This document shows, one piece after another, positions 11,202 through 23,416 of a stretch of DNA of 64,000 nucleotides (within the stretch, counting starts at the first letter, position 1; each line of letters starts with the position of its first letter). The DNA lies in contig OX597818.1 in the NCBI GenBank assembly GCA_951406725.2, forward strand, positions 34,906,001-34,970,000, written 5' to 3'. The DNA is from Octopus vulgaris. Its lineage: Eukaryota. The notes beneath the pieces are model-generated. The model searched no databases. It saw only the letters and a program-made list of their open reading frames with translations, and was not told where the DNA came from. The translations under genes and the position numbers were made by a program.

Positions 11202-11771
11202 ATATATTCTGGTGGATTTTCTTGTCATATATTATACAAAAGACCAGGAGACTAAGTACTTTTCTCGGAAACGAGGTTTGGTAACAGGAAGCATATCCAA
11301 CCAAATAGTACTGCTTCAATAGATTCCCTCCAACTAGTGCCAGTATAAGCAAGAATGATGCTGATATCTATCACCAGTCATACAATGAAGAACTCAATAT
11401 ATTAGAATAAAGAATATAGTTTGTTTTTTGTAAAAGACACCATTCGAGCATGATTGTTACCAGCATCGCCTTACTGGTACCTATCCACATATATTCTAGT
11501 GGATTTTCTTGTCATATATTATACAAAAGACCAGGAGAATAAGTACTTTTCTCGGAAACAAGGTTTGGTAACAGGAAGCGTATCCAACCAAATAGCACTG
11601 CTTCAATAGATTCCCTCCAACTAGTGCCAGTATAAGCAAGAATGATGCTGGTATCTATTAACAGTCATACAATGAAGAACTCAATATATTAGAATAAAGA
11701 ATATAGTTTGTTTTTTGTAAAAGACACCATTCGAGTGTGATCGTTACCAGCATCGCCTTACTGGCACCTAT
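11202..11771 (+). repeat. Tandem direct duplication, period 287 bp
   Basis: Units start atatattctggtggattttc (11202) and atatattctagtggattttc (11489) and are nearly identical. Confidence 0.9.
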
Positions 11772-12020
11772 GGCATGTGTAAAAGATTCGAGCGAGGTTG
11801 TTGCCAGTACCGCCTGACTGGCCCCGTGCCGGTGGCACATAAAAGTACCTACTACACTCTCAAAGTGGTTGGTGTTAGGAAGGGCATCCAGCTGTAGAAA
11901 CTCTGCCAGATCAAGATTGAAACCTGGTGCAGCCATCTGGTTTGCTATCCCTCAGTCAAATCGTCCAACTCATGCTAGCATGGAAAGCGGACATTAAACG
12001 ATGATGATGATGATGATGAT
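11724..12020 (+). mobile_element. RTE LINE 3'UTR copy
   Basis: Module array, aggaagggcatccagc block and (gat)n tail. Confidence 0.75.
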
Positions 12021-12285
12021 GAATACCATGCAACAATACCAACCTTTCTAATCTAATGATACCATTCAGTGACTCTAAAAGGAATGAGTAATACATCAAA
12101 TATGCAAAATTCTTGTTAAAAAATAAACAAATATACGTCACAATGTGTTGCATTTACTGTTTATAACTCGCTCTAAGATTTATTATTGCTTGTTTACACT
12201 TTTTCGATATCAGTGTCTTTACGATACTGGAAAAAGTATATGTATTTGTGAAGGGAACCTACTTTTCATCGACAACTGTGATTGT

Positions 12286-12330
12286 CACACGCCGATGACG
12301 GGTCAATACTCAGAAACTTGAGTCCGTGTG
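12286..12330 (+). ncRNA. Minimal type I hammerhead ribozyme-like motif (core variant CCGAUGA)
   Basis: cacacg-CCGATGA-c gggt caat actc a-GAAA-cttgag-TC-cgtgtg; perfect 6-bp stem I and GUC cleavage triplet. Confidence 0.6.
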
Positions 12331-12959
12331 TATCATAAGTAGGAGATGGGAAGGATGACTTCTCTTTGCAAATACTGATAGGGCACAGAAAGTATGTCTA
12401 AAGCCAGCTGGAGGAGGTGTCCTCCTGGGGCTACAAGCTACAGTAGCATCCACCCTTAGGGGTTAGCCATATTTAAATGGCAAATATATGTCAAAATATA
12501 ATAATACATAAAGAACTTCAGAACGAACTTGAAAATCAAAAACAATGCAAAAATATAAGGTTTGCTGGACAAGCTTATTTAAGATATAGAAATTACTGAT
12601 TATACCCAAAAAAAAAAAAAAAAAAAGCTCTTTGCGTGGGTCACAAAACATAATTCATACTATCAGCTGTTTGAAAACTAAGGAATTTAAAATGTTATTG
12701 ATTTTAGCGACTAAAGGGAAGTTATTCATACAGGTAGATTAGACACAGTGATAAAGTACAGTCAGTCATTAACGTTGGTACTCTTGGTACTGAGACAGCA
12801 GTTTCCACTGATCCTTATCTTCCATCACACCTAAAAGGGTCACAGTTTTAAAACCTCTCTAGTCCTTAATGTTCTCAGATCCTCCCTTCAGTTGCACCTA
12901 GATTCTAGTTTTGGACAAGGTGTTATGATGAGATATTTGATTGTTCCAAATATATTTAG

Positions 12960-13850
12960 CAGCATATTTATTGTTTGATGATTTGTTGTCTGGCAAAGTT
13001 CATTACCTAATACTCTAGGTACAAGATGGAGAACAGCCTTCTGAAGCACTTGTGCTCAAATATCTGTATTTTTTTATTCTGTGCTTGATGTTAACGTAAG
13101 GTTTCAAACTCACAAAGGAAGATTTAGATCCCCTGGGATTGTTATTGTATGAATATGAAATTCATAGAATAACTGATAGAACTGCTTTACCAAATGATGT
13201 TCAACTTTGTCATGGCAGATGAGGTCAGACCCAATATACTTACATCTATCTCCTTTATAGAGCTATCACCATTGCTCAAAGTCAGACCAACATATTTAAA
13301 ATTGTCCCCTTCATTCAGTTTTTGTCCATTCAGTATGATATTTGTAATTGTGTTCTGGTTATGGCTTCCTATGCTTTTGTGTTACTGCCTCCCATTAGCT
13401 GATATTGTCAGCAAAACACTTATTAAAATGTGGTCATCCTCCAATAGAAACTGAGGTGTGGAACTCACATGGTGTTTCCTGCACAATGTTTTCCAAGAAG
13501 ATGTTGAAAAATCCTGGCAAGAGGAGACAGCATTAACAAATTCTAACTGTTGTTCTGAAGAAATCTGAGATGTTATTCATGAGAATTGTTAGATTTGAAT
13601 TTACATTTTCATGTACTGCTTGAAATATTAGGATGAGGTTGCTGATGAAGTTACCACATACCTTCATGTTAAACACAAAGCATTTATTGAAGTCAGTGAA
13701 GTTGCTGTAGAGATCACAGTGGTGTTGCAGATATTTCTTGATTAATAGTTTAATATTGAAGATCATCCACTTTTTTGGTTTGGAGTTCCTTTGCCTTCTT
13801 GTTAAGCTTTCAGCAGTATTTTACTAGAGTGACAAATGAAACTGATCAGT
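12960..13850 (-). mobile_element. Degenerate RTE (BovB-like) LINE RT fragment
   Basis: Minus strand gives broken RT motifs: CLL..FFNIFLENIVQE, SVSIGG, FADNI. Confidence 0.55.
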
Positions 13851-14327
13851 ATATTTTGTTCTGGTGGCACGTAAAAAACACCGTTTGAGCGTGGCCATTG
13901 CCAGTACCACCTGACTGGCCTTCATGCCGGTGGCACGTAAAAGCACTCACTACACTCGGCGGAATTTGATCTCAGAACATAACAGCAAATGAAATATCGT
14001 TAAGCATTTCGCCCGGCATGCTAACATTTCTGCTAGCTCGCCACCTTTACCATGATGTTAATATTCTGCAGACAGATGCTCTTCCTATCACTAAACCTTA
14101 CCTATTTCCAACTTTCATGACCAGACATGTTTTCTTGGAAGATTGGAAATGAAGGGCACTGCTTGCATGACAGTGATACTTGATATACACAAGAGAGATG
14201 TATTCCCCCAAGTAGACCCAACAGAGGTGTCAACCATTCAAGTTGCCAGTAGAATGTAGTAAGCATAGTAATACGAAGGCAGAGAAAGGTTTTTTAATCA
14301 TTATGGGTCAGTTGTTGAGATGCTTAA

Positions 14328-14446
14328 CCCTTTGAGCCCATAGCACCAGTTTACCGGTGGATGGCTTATTTTTCTCTATATCGTAGCACTGCTCTACCAG
14401 TGGAGTGCATCTAGAAATAAGGTTCAGGAGGTCAGGGCTTAAAGGG
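14328..14446. mobile_element. piggyBac-type MITE
   Basis: TTAA on both sides; 12-bp TIR ccctttgagccc / gggcttaaaggg (11 of 12 match). Confidence 0.7.
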
Positions 14447-14924
14447 TTAAGAAACAGGATAGTTATTCACATAGTCAAACAAATATTACAAAGAGTCATA
14501 TCCATTCACTTGTACAGCATCTTCATCATCAATTGTTATAAGGGTAAAGAAGATGCTTAAGAGAGGTAAGTGTTAGTGACAGTAAGGGGGTTGTAAAATG
14601 CCTCAATAATGTGTACTCTGCTAACTCATACTGACATGGAAAACATGTATGAACAATGAAGCACAAACGAGCTGAGAGGAATCAGATGTTGCTTGCTAGA
14701 GAGAAGACTGGTGCATGTAGAGGATAACATATATAAGAAGGGGCCAAACACTGGAAGTTGATGGAACCTGTGAAAAACAAGTCACAAAGTGAAGACAGAT
14801 CAGAAGAAGCTGAACATCAAAGAGATGACAAAGGACCATGATAAATTGTTACAGGTGGTGATAAGAAACACTTGTGTAAGCATGGTAATACAAAGAAAAT
14901 CTGATAGAGGTTGATGTGTATAGT

Positions 14925-15280
14925 CTTTTCTAGTCTAGGCACAAGGCCCAAAATTTTTGGGGAGAGGGCCAGTTGATTAGATCGACCCCAGTACACAACT
15001 GGTACTTAATTTATCAACTCCAAAAGGATGAAAGGCAAAGTCGACCTTGGCAGAGATTGAACTCAGAACATAAAGACAGATGAAATACCTATTTCTTTAC
15101 TACCCACAAGGGGCTAAACACAGAGAGGACAGACAAACGGATTAAGTCGATTATATCGACCCTGAAAGGATGAAAGGCAAAGTTGACCTCGGCAGAATTT
15201 GAACTCAGAACATAGCAGCAGACGAAATGCCGCTAAGCATTTCACCCGGTGTGCTAACGTTTCTGCCAGCTCACTCCTTA
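14925..15280 (-). mobile_element. tRNA-derived SINE family C, composite or nested copies
   Basis: Minus strand gagctggcagaaacgttagcac...gagttcaaattc (B-box) and gtcgactttgcctttcatcc core. Other copies at ~13958-14047, 17037-17180, 28965-29180(+), 34275-34410, 34697-34895, 35435-35570, 44403-44632, 48643-48860, 55745-55940(+). Confidence 0.75.
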
Positions 15281-16316
15281 AGGTTGATGAGTATATTGTC
15301 TACATTTGGGACTCTTGTCCATTGCATTGCTGTTATACCTTTACTTCTTTCAATACCACCCTCTCTTGATGAGAGGGGCTGCATGGGCTATGACTGCCCT
15401 CTCATTACTAAACCTGTTAATGAGACTGCATCAGATCTGATTGTAACCAAATAAATCCAATGGGTACTCTTAAATGGGCCAGTTATGCGCACTGGCACAG
15501 GCCAGTCACAGTCTCACTTGGCTTGCTGGGTTTTCTCAAGCACAGCATATCTCCAAAGGTCTCAGTCATTTGTCATCACCTCCATGAGGCCCAACGTTTG
15601 AAGGTTGTGCTTCCCCACCTCCTCTCATGTCTTCCTCTTCCACAGGTTCCCTCAACTACTAGGGTGTGACACTTTTTCCCGCAGCTGTTCTCATCCATAT
15701 GCAACACATGACCATACCAGCAGTTGTCTCTCTTGCACACCACATCTGATCCTTCTTATGTCTACTCTTGTGTATTAGGCATCAACTTTTCACAGGTAAC
15801 TCATTCTATCTTACCAGCAAATATATATATACAGTGTGATTAATTTGTTTAGTTCCCTGGAGGGGAATCGTGATTTGAAATATTGATACTGCTATAGGGT
15901 ATATATCAAATTGGTATCTTATTCCAGTTGTCCCTTTGTTCATACCCACTTCTTTCCTTCTCTTGCTCTAGTTCTTTTTTATTTACCCTCATGGTTAAAT
16001 TACCTTAAAAGAATAAAGACAATGTAGAGCAATGAGGGCGCTAGTCTTGCTGGTATTAAAGCATCCTTATTAGTGCTGGTGCAACAATAAAACACTGTAA
16101 GCCTTCTCTGGAAGTCGGCTGTAATCCTGTGGAGTTTCTGGGTTCAAAAAGTGGGGTTTGAGTAGTCCACAGCCTGGGAGAAATAAAATTCTTTTAATAA
16201 TCAGGTGATTTGATTTCAGCATTTACACTTGGGTGCTGAGGGGTCAAAGTTATGTAGGTGTACATTTTTACAATTGTAGCATTCAATATTGCCTAGGCAA
16301 GGATAGCTCACCTTAA

Positions 16317-16536
16317 CCCTTTAGTATTCAGATTATTGTCAAATGTAATGCTTATGTAATCAAATTGTTTTGAATTAATCATGCAAAGACATCATAGTAT
16401 TGAAATTTTGAGGATATGTTTGTTTATTTTTTAGAATGACATTGTAGGATAAGTGTGCAAAGTCAGATCCTGCTGGTTTGAACATAGAACAAGTAGAATA
16501 TTTGGGCCGGATATGGCCGGTTTAAATGCTAAAGGG
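16317..16536. mobile_element. piggyBac-type MITE, copy 1 of an adjacent pair
   Basis: TTAA-ccctttagtatt ... aatgctaaaggg-TTAA. Confidence 0.8.
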
Positions 16537-16550
16537 TTAATATAAGTTAA

Positions 16551-16738
16551 CCCTTTAGCATTCAGATTACTGACAAATGTGATATTCATACTGTTTGAAT
16601 TAATCATGCATTATCTTGTAGCCTTGAGATTTCAATGTCATTGATTATTTTTACAACATTGTAGGGTAAGTGTGAGAGGCCAGATCTGGCCATAAAACAA
16701 TATTTAGGCTAGATGTGACCAGCTTAAATGCTTAAGGG
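16551..16738. mobile_element. piggyBac-type MITE, copy 2 of an adjacent pair
   Basis: TTAA-ccctttagcatt ... aatgcttaaggg-TTAA; interior homologous to copy 1. Confidence 0.8.
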
Positions 16739-18392
16739 TTAAAAGGTCTGATATTGGTGTGCTAGGAAGTGTTGCCTAATTTAGAGATAAAAATCCTAGC
16801 TATATTTAAGGAGACATCCAGATTGAATAGGGGATTGAACCAAGTCTCTTGACTCTTCTGGGGATGGAGGATTCTCTATAATCACTAATTTCTTGTTAAA
16901 GCCTATTCCCATTGACATCTCATTATAGTGGGATTAAGACTCTTGAAGATGCTTAAGAGAAGTAAGTGTTATGTGACAGTAAGGGGGTTGTAAAATGCCT
17001 CAATAATGTGTACTCTGCTAACCCATACTGACATGGCTTTATTACTCACAAGGGGCTAAACATAGAGGGGACAAACAAGGACAGACAAATGGATTAAGTC
17101 AATTACATTGACCTCAGTGTGTAACTGGTACTTAATTTATTAACCCCAAAAGGATGAAAGGTAAAGTCAACCTCAGCGATATCTCTGAAGAAAGACAATA
17201 TATTCTTTTGATTCTAATTCCTTATAGCTGGTGTGGTAGTGATTAGAGGTTCTTTGAACATATATAGCCTTCTCATAGGAATTGTACTTGCCTGTCCTAA
17301 GTTGTTTAGTAATAGCCAGTTACCTGGCTGTAATTAGACAGGTGATGATTGTTATATTTAAACCAAACTATGAAGGTTCCTATTAAATTTTTCCTAACTT
17401 TATCCATGGCATGGCAGTTCATTTTACTTGAAATTGCCAGGCTTTGTCTCTGTACAAGCCTGAGTAGATTTAATGTCTTGTTTCACCCTCTTAAAAAAAT
17501 TTGACTTGTAAGTAAAAAAACAAAGGAGGAATTTCAACTGTGTTTTGCAGTCTGCTACCACAACAGCTCCTTTATAGGATCCAGTTAGCACAAGACATCA
17601 TCAGGAGGAACCACATCCGGTTTCGGCCCCTACTCCTCAACCATTTTGACGTGCCCCCCCCCCCTTTCGGTGGTGTCTTCAGCTCTGGTGTTGGGTGCAT
17701 GTCTTCTTTCTTCTGTTCCCTGGCCTCTTCGAGGAAACTAAGGTCTAATTTCTCAAATGTGCACAACATTGAAAGCTGCAAACAAAATCCTTTCTCCAAC
17801 TTTCAATCAATAAAACATTTTATCTACAGATCTATTGCAAGTAGCAGTATTTTCCCCTAAGAGTACATAGCTCTTAACATTTCTTTTTAACATTATATTG
17901 GCCAGAATTAAGACAACACATTTCTTATTGCAGTAGTTTTTTTTCTCTTTTCTCTTGAATAGTTTATTTAGAGTATTGAACTCATATCTTGAAAAAAAAA
18001 ATGTCAAGATTCAGTTTCAAATTCCTTAAACTGAATAAGTCAAAAGCAAAACAAATAAAAAAAAAAACCTAAACCAAAACCAAAAGGTTTAGCATGACAA
18101 TTTGTAACAGTATTGGACGATGTCCAAGTAATGAAGAGATCCAAATGCTATTTATAGCATTTAGACCTACTACACAATTTTATGGTCATGAAGTGGACAA
18201 GCAGGTCTAACAAGAGTGTTTTCAACCTAGCTGGATCTCAACTTCAGTGAGGCAGAACTATGTATGTTTTTGTTATATAATACCTGTTGAATAAATCATC
18301 TAATGGGGCATACTTTAAAATCATTTGGCAGTAATAATTGAGTATGTTTATAAATTAATTCATATGCTTCTGGTGTGTTATGTAATTTTATT

Positions 18393-20620
18393 ATCATCAT
18401 CATCACCATCTTCGTTTAATGTTCATTTTCCATGCTGGCATGGGTTGGACAGTTTGACTGAGAGCTGGCAAGCCAAAAGGCTGCACCAGGCTCCAATCTG
18501 ATTTAGCAAAGTTTCTACAGCTAGATGCCCTTCCTAACACCAACCACTGAGAGTGTAGTGGGTGCTTTTTTACATGCCACCGGCATGAGGGCCAGTCAGG
18601 CAGTATTGGCATCGACCACAATTGAATGGTGCTTTTTACGTGCCACTTGCATGGGCTCGCTCAAATGATGCATTTTACGTGCCACCGGTATGGGACAAGC
18701 CAGGCGGCACTGACAATGATCACACTTGAATGGTGATTTTTACATACCACTGGCATGGTACCAGTCAAGCGATGCTGGCATTAACCATGCTCAAATGGTG
18801 CTTTTTATGTGCCAATCAGGCAGTACTGTCATTGGCTATGACAATGACATCCCTTGACTCAACATGTCTTCGCAAGCACAGGTTATTGCCCAATGACTGA
18901 AGGGTACTCTTAAATGGGCCAGTTATGCTGCACTGGCATAGGCCAGTCAGTCTCACTGGGTCTTCTCAAGCACAGCATATCTCCAAAGGTCTTGGTCACT
19001 TGTCATCACCTCCGAAAGGCCCAACAATCGAAGGTCGTGCTTCCCCACCTCCTCCCAAGTCTTCCTTTTCCACAGGTTTCCTCAACTGCTAGGGTGTGAA
19101 ACTTTTTCCCACAGCTGTTCTCATCCATATGCATCACATGACCATACCAGCACATTCGCCTCTCTTGCACACCACATTTGATGCTTATGTTCACCTTTTC
19201 TCTCAGAGCATTTATGCTGTCGTGTATGCACAATGACATTACACACCCAGTAGAGCATACTGGCTTTATTCCTTGCAAGCTTACGCATGTCCTCAGCAGT
19301 CATGGCCCATATTTCACTGCCATGTAGCATGGATGTTCGCATCATACAGTCTATCTTTTACTCTGAGCGAGGCCCTTTATCACCAGCAGAGATAGGAGCT
19401 CTCTGAACTTTGCCCAGGCTATTCTTATTCTAGCAGCTACACTCTCAAAGCATCCACTCCTACTACTGACTTGGTCACCTAAGCAATGGAAGCTATCAAA
19501 TACTTCTATTTTTTTTTCCCTGGCATGTGACGGAAGCTGTTTTCTGCACATTTTCAGTGTTTGCCACACACAAAAACTATGTTCCCAGTTGGCCTTCCTT
19601 TGATATTGCTGCACCTCATGTCTCCATAGCTTACACCAGGTACATCTTATGGAGTTTCTACCTACGCCTTTTCTACAAATCGAGCAGGGCCATCAACCTG
19701 AAGGAATTTGTGATTTGTCTGCCTTCCTATTTATTAAGACTTTGGTTTTTTGCTAGATTGAGTCTAAGGCCTTGCTTCCACACCTGAAACTTATCTAGTT
19801 CTGATAGTGACTTAGCTATGAGTAAGATCATCAGCAAAGAGAAGCTCCCAGGGACATCCTGTCTTGAATTCCTCTGTTATTGCCTGGAGGACTATGATGA
19901 ATAAGAGGGGACTGAGGACTGATCCTTGGACCCCTACCCAGAATTCTTCACTATACTCGTTGATAACCCTCACTTGACAGTATCCCTATGCATGGCTTGG
20001 ACAGCTCTCACTAACCACTCATCTATCCCTAGTTTCCGCATTGACCACCAGGTAAGGGATCGGGGAACCCTGTCAAGGCTTTCTCCAGGTCAACGAAAGC
20101 CAGGTACAGCGGTTTATCTTTGGCTAGGTATTTCTGCAACTGTCTTACCAGAAATATAGCATCAGTGGTGCTTTTCCCTGGCACAAACCCAAACTGCATC
20201 TTGTCTGAACTAATTCTGCTCCCTAATTAGGTGAGCTATGACCCTCTCCATGACTTTCATTACCTGATCCAACATCTTGATACCTCTGTAATCATTCGTA
20301 TCTCATGCATCACCTTTACCTATGTAGCAGTTGACTATGGTGCTGCTGCTACACCAGTCATTAGGTATGACTCCTTCATGTATCACCTGATTGACTATAC
20401 AGGTGACTAGACTATAGCCAACACTGCTAGATATCTTGAGCATCTCTGTGGTGATCCCTGATGAGCCAGGGGTTTTCCTTGTCTTCATATCCTTAATTGC
20501 TTTATCTACCAAGGTATTGTCAATTCGGATAATTATTTCCTCTGTTGGGTCAACATTCAGCAGACTCTCTTCATTTAGCAACCTTTCATATTGGCATCTC
20601 AAAGTCTCTCTCTTTGCAGC
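18393..20620 (-). mobile_element. 5'-truncated RTE-clade LINE: frameshifted RT region, modular 3'UTR and (GAT)n tail
   Basis: Minus-strand motifs QFGFVPGKSTTDAI, QGSVLSPLLFIIVLQAITEEFKTGCPWELLFADDL, WYGHVMHM, GRLGRRW and DLWRYAVLEKT. These are followed directly by ~5 tandem modules (~18560-18840) and the gat tail at 18393-18410. Confidence 0.85.
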
Positions 20621-23337
20621 CTCTACTTCACAGATCTATTTCCTCTCATTGCTAACTGAAACTTAATTCTTTACTCACACACAAATATGTATCATTGCAC
20701 TAAATTATCAATTAAAAGTTCTGTTAATTAGATTTTCTCAGTAAAAGAGCAATTATCTGCTCAAGAGTGTATTCGACTGCAATTATTTAGCAGGTGTTCA
20801 ATTTAGCCACTCAAATGACTCCTAAAAACCAATAACCTTCATGGCATTTAGACAAGTGGAATTAAACTAAATTCCAAGAATTTAATCTAAGATCAGAAGG
20901 GCTATATTATAAGGGTTAATGGTCACCAACAAAGTATAGATACCAATATCTGCAAACATCTACAAAATTTCAAAAGCTGAAATTTATGGAGCAGTGGAAG
21001 AGATGGATTACATTTATCTTGTAGAAGGATAGAACATTCACACATATACACACACATCTTCTAACATGAAAAATATTGAGCTACAGCTAGCAATGTTGGT
21101 TGACGTTACCTTGTCCACAATTCTTTTGCTGGCTCAGTGCTTTCAAAGAAAAGTGGAACGAAAACTTCCAGACTTGAAAAAGAGATGAGCTAGCAGCCAC
21201 AAGGTGGGTATAAAACAATGATGCAATATCTATTCACCTAACTCATACTAGCATGGGACAATGGATGTAATGAACAAACCTGTTACCTCTTTATTTCAAA
21301 AACATCTTTGGTATGAGGTGGTGTGATGAAATTACCAGTGAAAGACAATTTAAACAAGACGTTATTGAGGCAGGCATTTATTTACTTATTTCAAATACAG
21401 AAAATGTTAAATTGAAACATATTACAAGCTTGCAGCACATAAGAAGAGAAAGACAGTGAATATGAATATCGAAAACAGTACTTAGTAGGAGACCAAATGA
21501 AGACAGCATAAACTACCATATAAATAAATAATCTAAAATATAATTTGTATAACTATAAAAAATCCATTATTATGACCACATTAAATCTAACAGAGTTTGT
21601 TATGTAGAAGATAAACAGGATTACATATCTGGCTCCAAAATTTCATTTAATTTGCTTTTTGGTTGATTATACATCAGCATATTGAAAAGAAATCCAATAA
21701 TGTATGCTGTTGACCTGGAGGTCAATTAAGCCTTAGATTTTGTTATGCACTGTTTATCATACATGGGTCGGATTATAGAGAAACACATGGGTGCATTGAA
21801 CACTTTTATGTATTTATACCACAAAAATCAACACTGTATATATATATAAAAACACACATAACAGAATAGAATGAATAGAATGCCTTCTGACATTATGAAT
21901 ATAAAAGAGAAGTGAAATAAAATCAGTAAATAGCTGATAGCAAAATGGAAATATATTTCTTTCATCGGAAATAAATCTCATTTCCTGCCACACACCCACT
22001 ATTTTCTCCTGGTTGTTTAAGCATGTCATGAGATTATCTACATAGACACAAACGACTTTTTGCTTTACCATGATGTCATATTTTAAATGATATGCATGGA
22101 TTCTCTAAAACAAGCATTCAACTGCGAAATGTGGATGGGAGTGACTGAAGTAAGTAACATATTCTTTACACAGACATAATTCAATTCGGATGGCAGAGTT
22201 TCAAGTCTTGACATTAATGGCCATTTTAATCAAAAACGTATAATTAGGCAACAAGTTTGAACTTCAATATACAAATTTCAGTGAATATTCTTTCATAGTA
22301 ACGTCACAGAAGAATTTGTTACTTTTTCTTATTTGTTTTTAATTATTCACAACATGATTTAAAATTAGATTTTACTTGTATGATAGAACTTGAATTACCT
22401 AATAACACCAATTCCATAACGATCACCAGAATATTTCACATTAGTTTAAAATCATCACCAAGTCTGTGAAAAATTCCACTCCAAATCCAATACTTTTCAC
22501 ACAATGAAGGACTTCCATCTCAATATCCTAACTGTATGTTTAGTAATATAACCAAATAGAGTAAGATCTATTTTTAAGTACAGTTTTAACCATATAGGTG
22601 CTCTATAGTTTAAGTATTTCGACATTATTCAACTAGCTAAAACTTTAGATATCTTTATCTGAAGGATAAGCTCCAGTATGGATATAGCTACAACTGTTTA
22701 AAAGAACTGAAAAAATCTTCAGGGAACAACTTCCAGTCACGGAGGTGAATAGTTGTCACCTGTTTTTGACACTTAGAATCACTAAATTCTCAATGTATGG
22801 AATATTATTTCCTAGTTTCAAAGAGTTTTTAATCATGGATTCTGTCCTACACTTACAGTGACTGACATACTATGGGCCATGAACACAAGTCTGAGAATTA
22901 TACCCTTCTATAAAATCTGTGATGAAATAAAAAGAACAGAAAATCCTATGCCAAACTAAAGAAAGAAAAAAAAAAATCATGTTTTAACCAAAAAGCTGAA
23001 GTAGGAAAGGGGCTAGGAATAAAACTTGCTGGAAGAATTATTCTTCAAAGTGAACATATTTCACAGCATCACATCCAGAGCTTAAAAGAGAGGGCATGTC
23101 CCCACATAAGGAACAGCAGGTCTCTTTATATTCTCCAGTGTCATCAATGGATTGATGCAGGCTGACTTTCACTGTCACTCTGGGCTGGTTGGGCTGTACA
23201 ACCTACTCACCCTTCTGAGCAGATGGTAGCTTGTGTACATCCCTCATTACCTCAACACTCATAGAAAACCAGCCCCTGCAATTCAAACCTTGCAGATAAA
23301 GCTGCCAGCATCCACCAGGTCTAGATTTGCTTACAGT

Positions 23338-23416
23338 TCACGGTAACAAGCGGTTGTACTCAGCCATAAGAGTAGATTTTTTCACAGTATCCCAAGTTCT
23401 TGCTGCATAATGAAAC
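23338..23416 (-). CDS. SMG9: SMG9 exon 13 ([26 protein letters not shown])
   Basis: Conserved C-terminus; TGA at 23340-23338. Confidence 0.95.

Larger units (their letters stand above)
15850..17900 (-). mobile_element. Decayed Penelope-like (PLE) retroelement, interrupted by MITEs and a SINE
   Basis: In minus-strand order: a GSS..CxxLxGSY relic (~17570-17620), GLYRD (~17445-17460), a frameshifted RRVK..WFNPLFNLDV (~16815-16860) and a frameshifted VSY..CLGN (~16290-16312). These match PLE motifs GSYDGAEVCELVGLY, GLYRDD, WFNPPY and VSYSC. Confidence 0.65.

Noticed and set aside
12375-12470. GC-rich hairpins suggesting an HDV-like ribozyme
   Set aside because: Could not build the nested double pseudoknot (P1/P2/P3/P1.1)
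17595-17690. Hammerhead-like words (CUGAAGA, GAAAC..GUU, CUGAUGA) on the minus strand, also at ~61780-61870
   Set aside because: Stems I and II do not pair convincingly, and the segment is better explained as decayed PLE RT coding sequence
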